The notes beneath the pieces are model-generated. The model saw only the letters and a program-made list of their open reading frames with translations. It was not told the DNA's origin and made no database searches. Below, one piece after another: positions 30,401 through 38,103 of a stretch of 64,000 nucleotides of DNA; position 1 is the first letter of the stretch, and each line of letters starts with the position of its first letter. Origin of the DNA: Acidobacteriota bacterium (GTDB lineage: Bacteria > Acidobacteriota > Vicinamibacteria > Vicinamibacterales > JAFNAJ01); the NCBI GenBank assembly GCA_023384575.1, contig JAHDVP010000027.1:3962-67961 (forward strand). The letters run 5' to 3'. Both the position numbers and the translations under genes were made by a program.

Positions 30401-30544
30401 GGCGGCCTCTTCACCTCGATGCTCATCACCCTGCTCTTCGTGCCGACGATGTACACGCTGTTCGAAGAGGGGCTGCGGGGCCTCGTGAGGGGCGTGAAGC
30501 ACGAGCCCTCGCCGGCGCAGCCGCAGGAATCGCCCGCCAGGTAG
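27401..30544 (+). CDS. RND efflux transporter, AcrB/HAE1-like inner-membrane pump
   Basis: 1047 aa. MSIPRVAINRPVTMAMISFVIVLLG..LPVDLMPEVESPTLTI.., 12-TM architecture, GLALGVGMIVDAAIVVLEN and the duplicated half. Confidence 0.95.
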   Translation: MSIPRVAINRPVTMAMISFVIVLLGAISLLRLPVDLMPEVESPTLTIRTSYSGVGPLEIEESITRPIEQSVSAVAGLEQISSDSREGSSQVRLQFTYGTNLAEAADEVRTRIDRVRGRLPIDADPPVIFKFDSTQFPIVWIAVEGDADPVALRELAENDLARRLERVPGVASVDVSGGLRRQIRVELSKEKITALDLPVDRVIALLRAENQNVPIGEITEGDMTYLLRSPGQFESLEDIRSLVVLTKAGVPVYLRDIATVRDATEDVRSVVRVNGRSGVRMMVRKQSGENTVQVAKNVIAEMERVNREVSGVRLNVTNDTSRFIEQSIKSVRDAVMLGSVLVVLIIFAFLRSWRSTLIICTSIPISIVGTFALLYFGGFTLNTMTFGGLALGVGMIVDAAIVVLENAQRHLEMGKTRMQAALEGSEEIWTAILASTLTQIAVFVPLFFLGGVSSVLFKQLSIVVMFSLSMSLFVAVTLVPVLCSILLKRPAPAEERTTIAAALFTASGNFLDRLDSHYRRLLHGALQHRPTVLATAAGLFVLAILLVPTLSFELLPQADEGEVRVDIELPVGTRIERTDAALRAVEETIARTVPEAVNVITNAGGGGMGFGAAGTHRGSIDILLTSKRERQRSNADIAMMLRRELSGMPGVQARARPSGGNWALNRILGGSSDARLALEIRGHDLAEARSLADRAKAMMEQTPGIADVRLSQEAGRPELAIRVDRDKAALLGLTVTNVASNMRTAIAGTQAAFYRERGVEYPIIVRLREEDRHQTADVGDLLVATAGGRVVPVKNVIAMRPDAGPVVVERKNQERIARVNAEIEIPLSQAVANIQAWIPELRAPSDFSVGFGAEVEEQARAFSQLQLLLILAIILVYAVMASQYESFRDPFIIMFSIPLAAIGVVTMLKITSTAFSLQAYIGVIMLTGIVVNNAILLVDYTNTLRRRDRMGLRDAVELAGRHRLRPILMTSLTTILGLTPMALGLGEGAELQAPLARVVIGGLFTSMLITLLFVPTMYTLFEEGLRGLVRGVKHEPSPAQPQESPAR

Positions 30545-30546
30545 GC

Positions 30547-30563
30547 GCGGGCCTCGGGCCCGC
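30547..30563. terminator. Short GC hairpin between the convergent RND and folK genes
   Basis: gcgggcc-tcg-ggcccgc (7-bp stem) inside the 27-nt gap between the stops at 30544 and 30572. No U-tract. Confidence 0.35.
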
Positions 30564-30571
30564 CCCCGGTC

Positions 30572-31192
30572 TCACGACCGCGGGCGGGCTGACACCTGCG
30601 TCGCGTCGAGCGCCGCCAGCAACTCCGCGACCGTCCGCCCCGTCACGGGGTCGCGCAGGTCGGGACCAATCGCCGCAAGAGGCTCCAGCACGAATCGTCG
30701 TTCCCGAAAGCGGGGATGCGGTACGCACAGTCCCGGCGCCTCGATCACCTCGTCGCCGCACAGGATCAGGTCGAGGTCGATGCGCCGGGGGGCGCCGGGA
30801 AACGGCCGCTCCCGCCCGAGTTCGGCTTCGATGGCCAGGAGACGGTCGAGCACCTGTCGTGGCGCGGCCGTCGACAGGCCGACGGCAGCGGCATTGAGGA
30901 AGTCAGGCTGCGGCGATACGCCGACCGGCGCCGTCTCGAAGACCGGCGACACCCGCAGATCCGTGAGGAACTCGGCCAGCCGGGCGGCTGCCCGATCCAG
31001 CGCGGCGCGCCGATCGCCCAGATTGCTGCCGAGGGCGACCGCGACCGGACGGACTCCCCCCGAAGAGACAATCCGGCTGGCGGCTGACGGCTGGCGACTG
31101 GCGGCCTGGTTGGAGGAATCAACGATTGAACGGAAGGCCTTCGCGGCACTCCCGGTGAGGTCACCGATCACGGAGAAGACGGCGATCTTCAT
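30572..31192 (-). CDS. folK: 2-amino-4-hydroxy-6-hydroxymethyldihydropteridine diphosphokinase (HPPK) with an unexplained ~46-aa N-terminal extension
   Basis: VAVALGSNLGDR..SPVFETAPVG..QPDFLNAAV..RERPFPGAPRRIDLDLIL..VPHPRFRERRFVLEPL. The only in-frame ATG/GTG/TTG start codons upstream of the conserved core are ATG 31192 and the GTG ~21 nt downstream. Both lie inside the repeated element at 31067..31238. Confidence 0.85.
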   Translation of the reverse strand: MKIAVFSVIGDLTGSAAKAFRSIVDSSNQAASRQPSAASRIVSSGGVRPVAVALGSNLGDRRAALDRAAARLAEFLTDLRVSPVFETAPVGVSPQPDFLNAAAVGLSTAAPRQVLDRLLAIEAELGRERPFPGAPRRIDLDLILCGDEVIEAPGLCVPHPRFRERRFVLEPLAAIGPDLRDPVTGRTVAELLAALDATQVSARPRS

Positions 31193-31238
31193 CGTGTTGG
31201 CCGGTAGCCGCTGGCCGGTAGTCGCCAGCCGAACGTCG
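31067..31238 (-). repeat. Copy A of a block-conserved ~160-170-nt paralogous element (partner at 59755..59912 on the + strand)
   Basis: Begins 8 nt after the TAG of the upstream gene. It shares four ordered blocks with copy B, including a 57-nt block (31204-31148) at 51/57 identity with a 28-nt identical core GATCGCCGTCTTCTCCGTGATCGGTGAC (31187-31160). Confidence 0.7.
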
Positions 31239-31246
31239 GACTGGGG

Positions 31247-31738
31247 CTACCCCACCCACCGGTCGGGTAACACGCCGCCGCCGGTGGTCTTTCCGCCGGT
31301 GCGGCGACCGAGGAGGTCGTCCCGTCCGGCGAGCATCTGCTCGAAGAACCGCTTCTGCTCGATCATCTCGCCGAGCATCAGGCGCAGCATCGTCCGGTTG
31401 CGCGCGTGGGTCAGCGTCTCGACCCTCGGCGCCCAGCGGTCGATGAACTCCGCCATCCGGCGCGCGTCGTCCGCGATCACGGCGCGCATGGCCGCCTCGC
31501 CACGTCCTTCGCGCGGCACCTCGGGTACGGGCACCTCGCCGGGCACGTCACCGGTGAGATCCCTGAGGGCATCGCGCACCCATTGCACGTGGTGTTCCTC
31601 GCGGCCGATCACGTACTGGTAGGTGTTGTTGAAATCGTAGGCCGGGACGAAGGCTGCGCCGGCGACGTGCCGGTCGCGCAGGGCCACCTTCTCCCGGTAG
31701 AGATCCTGCAGCAGGGCGATCAGAGCCTTCGAGGTCAC
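31247..31738 (-). CDS. Hypothetical helical protein (163 aa), possibly a ferritin-like/four-helix bundle
   Basis: GTGA overlap with the DksA-like gene stop. Helical composition with ExxH/ExxE-type motifs (GREEHHVQW, GEMIEQKRFFEQ). No family recognised with confidence. The track ORF 31247..32092 over-extends. Confidence 0.5.
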   Translation of the reverse strand: MTSKALIALLQDLYREKVALRDRHVAGAAFVPAYDFNNTYQYVIGREEHHVQWVRDALRDLTGDVPGEVPVPEVPREGRGEAAMRAVIADDARRMAEFIDRWAPRVETLTHARNRTMLRLMLGEMIEQKRFFEQMLAGRDDLLGRRTGGKTTGGGVLPDRWVG

Positions 31739-32067
31739 GCGCTTTGCTTTTCCTTGCAGGTGATGCAGACCCGCGTCCAGGGGATGGCGTTCAGCCTGGC
31801 CGGCGCGATCAGTTCGCCGCAGTCGCGGCACACGCCGTAGGTGCCCTTCTCGATCCGCTCCAGCGCCTCCTCGATGGCCTGGAGGATCTTGGCATCGGTC
31901 TGCCGGAGCTTCAGCTGGATGTGGACCTCGTTGTTGCCGCTCGCCTGGTCGGCGAGGTCGCCCTGTCGGGTGTTCTCCATCGAGGTCTGCAGGGGCTTCA
32001 TGCTCCCGCTCGAGAGGATCTCCTCCCTCTTTCGCACCAGGACATCGCGGAACTGTGCAGCCTCCAT
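31735..32067 (-). CDS. DksA/TraR-family C4 zinc-finger protein
   Basis: 110 aa. A coiled-coil N-terminal part, then CRDCGELIAPARLNAIPWTRVCITC (CxxC-N17-CxxC). Confidence 0.85.
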   Translation of the reverse strand: MEAAQFRDVLVRKREEILSSGSMKPLQTSMENTRQGDLADQASGNNEVHIQLKLRQTDAKILQAIEEALERIEKGTYGVCRDCGELIAPARLNAIPWTRVCITCKEKQSA

Positions 32068-32186
32068 CGGGGTCTCCTGTGTTCGCCTTCAACCAGCACG
32101 GACCTTCATCTTACCACTTGGTCGCGGCGGCTGATGGACCCGCCCGCGTGCCGACTCGCCCGACCGCGGGGCGTGCCCCTCCCCGG

Positions 32187-34783
32187 CTACTCGGCGCGCA
32201 GGATCGACAAGGGCTTGCGCCGCAGCACGTCGAGGCTCGACGCCACGCCCAGCGCGCCAACGAGGGCGGCCGTGACGACCACGCCGACGAGAGCCACCTC
32301 GCCCGCCGGCGACCACGGAATCTGCAGGACGTGCCGGCTCACCGCCCAGGTCAGCGCCACCGACCCGAGGGCGCCGACGAGGCCAGCCAGGGTCCCGAGC
32401 GTGCCGTACTCGAGCGCCAGCATCGTCGTCATCGTTCGAGTACTGGCACCCAGCGTCTTGAAGACCGCGGCTTCGTGCAGGCGCTGGAACTTCGTCATCG
32501 CCACCGACCCGACGAGAATCAGGATGCCGCTCAGCAGGGCCACCGCGCCGACGATCGACACGGCGAGCGTCACGTTCTCGATCACCCCCTCGACCGTCTT
32601 CGCCACCTCGCGCACGTCGATGGCCGACACGTTGGGGAACCGCTCGACGAGCGCGCGCTGCAGGGCCGCTCGCTCCCGTGGCTCGTCGGGCCCCCGCGTC
32701 ACCGCAATGTAGGTGCGCGGAGCCTGGTCGAGCAGGCCGGGCCGGAAGACGAACATGAACCCACCGCTGCGCGCGTCGGCCCACTGGACCTCGCGAACGC
32801 TCGTCACCCGCGCGACGACCTCACGCCCGAGCACGTCGAAGCGCATCAGGTCGCCCAACTCGACGTTCCAGCGCTCGCGAATGCCGTCCTCGATGGACAC
32901 CTCGGGCTCGCCGGTCATCGGACCGGTCCAGAACGCGCCGGCGACGACCCGCTCGTTCTCTTCGAGCTGGTCCCGGTACGTCACGACGTACTCACGACCG
33001 AACCGACCCTGGCCTCGCACCTCGACGCTGCCCTGCAGTTCCGCCTCCCGGCCCATCACGCCCGTCACCCGCGCCCGCACGACGGGCAGCAGCCTCGATG
33101 GGTACCCCGGAACGTTCTGCTCGAGGAACGACCGGACACCAGCTTCCTGGTCGGGCTGAATGTCGACGAGGAAGAAATCGGGCCCGTCCGTGCGCAGGTC
33201 GAGGCTGAACTCGTCGAGCAGGTTCGACTGCAGCGACTGGACGCCGATGATGAAGAACGCGCCGACGCCGACCGCGAGCAGGATGACTCGGGTCTGGTTA
33301 CCCGGCCGGCCGAAGCTGATGACGGCGTGCCGTAGCGGGAACCACCGCACGAAGCGCAGCGGCCGCACGAGGCGCACGAGCAGGACCCCCGCCAGATGGA
33401 GGGCAAAGGCCACGCCGACGAAGCCGAGCGACACCACGATGCCCACCTGCAACGAGGCCGCCTGCCAGCTGGCGAGCACGACGAGCGCCACCGTCACGGC
33501 CACACCGGCCGCGACCTGGACCCAGTCGGCTCGAGCCAGCCGCGCAACGGCCCGCGCGCGCCAGCCAGTGGGACGCGGCGCGGCGCCCTCAGACGCGCTC
33601 GAGTCGCGCAGGAGCAGCAAGGGCCGGATGCGCCGGACCTCGAGTAGCGGCACGAGCGAGAAGAGGAGCGAGACCAGCACCCCAATGCCGACGCCCTGCC
33701 AGACGGCCGACGCGGTCAGCGCGACGGAAGCGGGTCCCGATGCCGATCCGAAGCCCTCGAGCGTGGTCTCCGGCACGGCCGCGAGCGCGGCGGCCGCGAT
33801 GCCGACGCCGAGCAGGCTGCCGGTCAGACCGAGCAGCAGCACCTGCGCCACGTACACGCCGAGTACCTGCGCAGTGCTGGCGCCGAGACACTTCAGCACC
33901 GCAATGCTCTTGAGCTTCTGCCGCACGAAGACCCGCGTCACGCTCCAGACGCCAATGCCACCGAGGATGACGATGACGAAGCCGACGAGGCTCAGGTAGT
34001 TCTCCGCCCGGGTCAGATTCTCGCCCAGCCGGTCTTCCGTGCCGCGGTACGAGCGGATGCGGACGAACCGCTCGCGAAGATCGGGGCCCAGCGACTCGAC
34101 GAGCGACGCCATGGCCGCGTCGTCCACCCGGAGCATCATCTGATAGCGCGCTCGACTGCCAAACGTCAGCAGGCCCGTCTGCTCGAGATCCCCGCGGTCG
34201 ACCAGCACGCGCGGCCCGAGGCTGAAGAAGCCGACGCGCCGACCCGGCTCACGGAGCACGACGCCCCGGATGGTGAACACGGACGAGCCAATGACGATCT
34301 CGTCACCAACGGCCACGTCGAGCTGCGCCAGCAGCTCCGGCCTCACGAGCGCCCCGCGGTCGGCGAGCAGGGCGTGGTCGTACGGCATCCCCCCTTCGAG
34401 CTCGACGGTACCGTGCAGCGGGAAGCCGGGCGAGACGCCCTGAAGCTCGACCATTCGCGCGAGCCGCTTCGACTCGTCGCGCGGCCGCACCATGGTGGCC
34501 GTTTCGATCGCTTCGGTCCGCTCGCGAACCGGGGCGGTCGCCAGCCGCTCGTCGATGAACGCCCGTGTCTCGTCGACCCAGGGCCGATCGGTCCAGATCA
34601 GCACGTCGGCGGCCAGCAGCGTGCGCGCCTCGCCCGCAATCGCCCCCTTGACCGTCTGCACGACCGAGCGCAGCGCCACGATGGCCCCGACGCCCACCGC
34701 CACGCAGACGAAGAAGAAGAGCAGCCGCCGCCACGACGCCCGCATCTCGCGCGCGGCCATCCGAACGACGAACGCCGGCCCCG

Positions 34784-34787
<4 letters not shown>
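32187..34787 (-). CDS. ABC transporter permease with duplicated FtsX-like domains (YbbP-like)
   Basis: 866 aa. Two MacB/FtsX-type modules, each with an N-terminal TM, a large periplasmic loop and a 3-TM bundle (..KCLGASTAQVLGVYVAQ.. and ..FKTLGASTRTMTTMLALEY..). Confidence 0.85.
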
Positions 34788-35490
<703 letters not shown>

Positions 35491-35494
<4 letters not shown>

Positions 35495-36246
35495 GTCGTC
35501 GTCGCCGCCTTCAGCACGGGCTCGAGACGCTCCCAGACGAGCGTCGCCATTCGGCGTGCGCCCTCCGCGTTCGGGTGGATGCCGTCGGCCTGGTTGAACG
35601 ACGGCACGCCCGCAATGCCCTCGAGCAGGAACGGCAGGAAGACGATGTCGTGCCGCGCGGCGAGGTCGGCGTAGACACCACGAAACTCGGCGGTGAACTC
35701 CGGCCCGAAATTGGGCGGCGCCTCCATGCCGCACAGCAACACCCTCACGCCGCGCGCGTGGGCCTGCCGGATCATGGCCTCGAGGTTGGCCGACATCTCC
35801 GTGGGCGACAGCCCGCGCAGCCCGTCGTTGGCCCCGAGCGCGAGCACCAGCACGCGGACATCGCCCTCGAGCGCCCACTCGAGCCGTCGCCGGCCTCCAG
35901 CCGACGTGTCGCCCGACACCCCCATGTTCACGACCTCGACGTCGTAGCCGGCGGCATCGATCAGTGTCTGCAGGACGGCCGGATAGGCTTCGTCGGGCGG
36001 CAGTCCCAGACCGGCCGTCAGGCTGTCGCCGAGCGCCACCACCCGCGGCCGGTCGACGCGCCCGGCGGGTCGATCGGCCGGAGCCAGCGCCGGCGAGGCC
36101 ACGGCCGTGTCGTCACGCCGGTCGCCGCCGCACGCCGTGCCCCCGGCCAGCAGGACCAGAAGGCTCGTGAGCAGCAGCGTCCCGCGGCGCGCGGAGACGC
36201 GGGCGCCTGCATGGTGACGTCGTTCAAGACTGCCCATTCCAGCCAT
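35491..36246 (-). CDS. SGNH/GDSL hydrolase, TesA-like (arylesterase / lysophospholipase L1), probable lipoprotein
   Basis: Block I VVALGDSLTAG, block II MGVSGDT, block III LGANDGL, block V DGIHPN. N-terminal LLLTSLLVLLAGGTAC. The start is ATG 36246 or ATG 36237. Confidence 0.85.
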
Positions 36247-36250
36247 TATG
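36245..36250 (-). promoter_or_regulatory. CATAAT hexamer 7 nt upstream of the second candidate ATG (36237) of the TesA-like gene (candidate leaderless promoter)
   Basis: The minus strand reads ctatagCATAATggctggaATGGGC. This is a locally AT-rich island in the divergent 100-bp region shared with the M24 peptidase gene. Confidence 0.3.
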
Positions 36251-36345
36251 CTATAGTCCGGCGTCTGAATGGCGCCGCCTTCGTAGGACGCTTCGCCCGG
36301 GCGCGCTGTTCCATCCCCGCGGCCGCCCCTTCTTCGAGGACCACC

Positions 36346-37656
36346 ATGCGCGTACTGTTGCCCGCCGGTGCGCTCGCCGCGCTGCTCGCCACTGCCCTGC
36401 CCCTCGGCGCCGGAGAGCGCGTGCTCTCGCATCGCGAGCAGGCGCCGCTCGTCCGCGGCTGGATCGTCGAGCGCTTCGACACGCTGCTGCCGACGCTGAT
36501 GCGCCGCGAGGGCATCGACATGTGGATCGTGGTCTCGCGCGAGTACAACGACGACCCGGTGTTCCGGTCGATGGCGCCCCTTACCACCTACTCGTCACGC
36601 CGGAGAACGATCCTGGTCTTCTTCGACCGAGGGGGCGAGCGGGGCGTCGAGCGCCTCTCCATCGGCCGCTTCGACTACGACGGGCTCTTCACCGTCGTCG
36701 CCACGCACAACGACGAGCAGTGGCAGGGCCTCCGCCGCGTCGTCGACGAGCGGCGGCCGCGCGCGATCGGCGTGAACACCTCGAACGCCTGGAACCACGC
36801 CGACGGGCTCACCGCGAACGAGCGCGACCAGTTGATGGCCGCGCTCGGCCCCGATCACGGATCGCGCGTGCGATCGGCCGAGATGCTGGCCGTGGGCTGG
36901 CTCGAGACGAAGCTCCCGGCCGAGACCGACGCCTACCGTCACGTCATGCGGGTCGCACACCAGATCATCGCCGAGGCCTTCTCGAACGCGGTCATCGTCC
37001 CGGGCGTCACGACGACGGAGGACGTCGTGTGGTGGATGCGGCAGCGCGTCGCGGAACTCGGGCTCGGCGGCTGGTTCCACCCGTCCGTGACGATCTGGCG
37101 CCAGGGTGGGCTGCCGGCGGGGCTCCCGCCGTCGCAGCGGGTCATCCAGCGCGGCGACATGCTCCACACCGACTTCGGCATCGTCTACCTGGGATTCTCG
37201 ACCGACACGCAGCATCTCGGGTACGTCCTGCGTCCGGGCGAGGCCGATGCGCCCGAGGGGCTGCGAGCCGGCCTCCGCGCCGCCAACCGGCTGCAGGACC
37301 TGACGATGAAGCACGCGCGGGCCGGCACGACGGGCAATCAGGCGTTGGCCGCGGCCCGCGCCGAGGCCATCGTCGAGGGGTTGGCGCCGTCGATCTACTG
37401 CCACGCCATCGGTTACCACGGTCACGGCGCGGGCCCTCCAATCGGCATGACCGATTACCAGGAGGGGGTGCCGGTGCGCGGTGACTACGTCCTGCGGCCG
37501 AACACCTGGCACTCGATCGAGTTGAACGCCACCGTCAAGGTGCTCGAGTGGGGTGGCCAGGAAGTCCGCTTCGCCCTCGAGGAGGACGCCATCCTGCTCG
37601 AGGCCGGGTGGGACTGGGTGCTCGGCCGCCAGGAGCGCTTCCACCTCATCCGATGA
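36346..37656 (+). CDS. M24-family metallopeptidase (Xaa-Pro aminopeptidase/creatinase-like) with a signal peptide
   Basis: 436 aa. MRVLLPAGALAALLATALPLGAG, then a creatinase-like N-domain and a pita-bread C-domain (MLHTDFGIVYLGFSTD..HAIGYHGHG..WHSIELN). The track ORF 35575..37656 over-extends. Confidence 0.8.
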   Translation: MRVLLPAGALAALLATALPLGAGERVLSHREQAPLVRGWIVERFDTLLPTLMRREGIDMWIVVSREYNDDPVFRSMAPLTTYSSRRRTILVFFDRGGERGVERLSIGRFDYDGLFTVVATHNDEQWQGLRRVVDERRPRAIGVNTSNAWNHADGLTANERDQLMAALGPDHGSRVRSAEMLAVGWLETKLPAETDAYRHVMRVAHQIIAEAFSNAVIVPGVTTTEDVVWWMRQRVAELGLGGWFHPSVTIWRQGGLPAGLPPSQRVIQRGDMLHTDFGIVYLGFSTDTQHLGYVLRPGEADAPEGLRAGLRAANRLQDLTMKHARAGTTGNQALAAARAEAIVEGLAPSIYCHAIGYHGHGAGPPIGMTDYQEGVPVRGDYVLRPNTWHSIELNATVKVLEWGGQEVRFALEEDAILLEAGWDWVLGRQERFHLIR

Positions 37657-37675
37657 GCCAGATGGCCTGACCGAT

Positions 37676-37927
37676 TCACGATGAGCCATCGAGCGCGCGC
37701 AACTGCCCGTCCAGGGCCGCGATGGCCGCTTCGAGCATGGCGCGGTGCGCGGGGGCCCGCGCGAGCCCGAGGTCGGTGAGGGCCCGCTCGCGGGCCAGCT
37801 CGAGGCGGCGCCGCTCGGCGAGCCTCGTCCGCTCTTCCGGCCCCAACTCGGGGCGACGGTCACCGCCCCGGCGCGAGGCCTCGTCCTGCTGCGCCTCGAT
37901 GTGCTTGCTCTCCCAGCCTCTCGCCAT
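37676..37927 (-). CDS. Small (83 aa) Arg/Glu-rich helical protein with an N-terminal MARGWESK motif
   Basis: The MARGWESKHIEAQQDEA.. N-terminus resembles small conserved hypothetical proteins I recall from high-GC soil bacteria. Start placed at the ATG at 37927 inside track ORF 37676..37948. Confidence 0.45.
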   Translation of the reverse strand: MARGWESKHIEAQQDEASRRGGDRRPELGPEERTRLAERRRLELARERALTDLGLARAPAHRAMLEAAIAALDGQLRALDGSS

Positions 37928-38015
37928 CCGATCGCCTCCGCGAACCAACGCACTGACGAGGTGAGGGAACGCTCCTCTCAGCAGCCTGCGGTTGAGGTGA
38001 GCGCGAAGGTCACCG

Positions 38016-38045
38016 TTGACGACAGCGATCCCGGCGCACTATTCT
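38016..38045 (+). promoter_or_regulatory. Sigma-70-like promoter TTGACG-N18-TATTCT for the 724-aa secreted protein gene
   Basis: TTGACG at 38016-38021 and TATTCT at 38040-38045, 58 nt before the ATG at 38104. The TTG also seeds a spurious 650-aa track ORF. Confidence 0.3.
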
Positions 38046-38103
38046 CGCCGGAACCCTGCGGTCGAGTCGGCCGCCCACTTCACCCGTTTCTCAGGAACTC
38101 CGC

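Noticed and set aside
31067-31238. A ZTP (pfl) or THF riboswitch upstream of folK, suggested by GGUGAccUCACCGGGAG and CCGCCAG-like strings and the folate-pathway context.
   Set aside because: The resemblance is only superficial. The P1 GGGUCG/ACUGGCG consensus is absent. The putative P2 hairpin is not preserved in copy B (GGUGACGUCAAUGGG). Copy B precedes non-folate genes. I cannot support the call without a covariance-model search.
36247-36345. A complete sigma-70 promoter for the M24 peptidase gene around TATAGT (36252-36257).
   Set aside because: The -10-like hexamer is present, but no acceptable -35 lies at 16-19 nt. The same AT-rich island serves at least as well as the minus-strand CATAAT for the TesA-like gene, so the directionality is unresolved.
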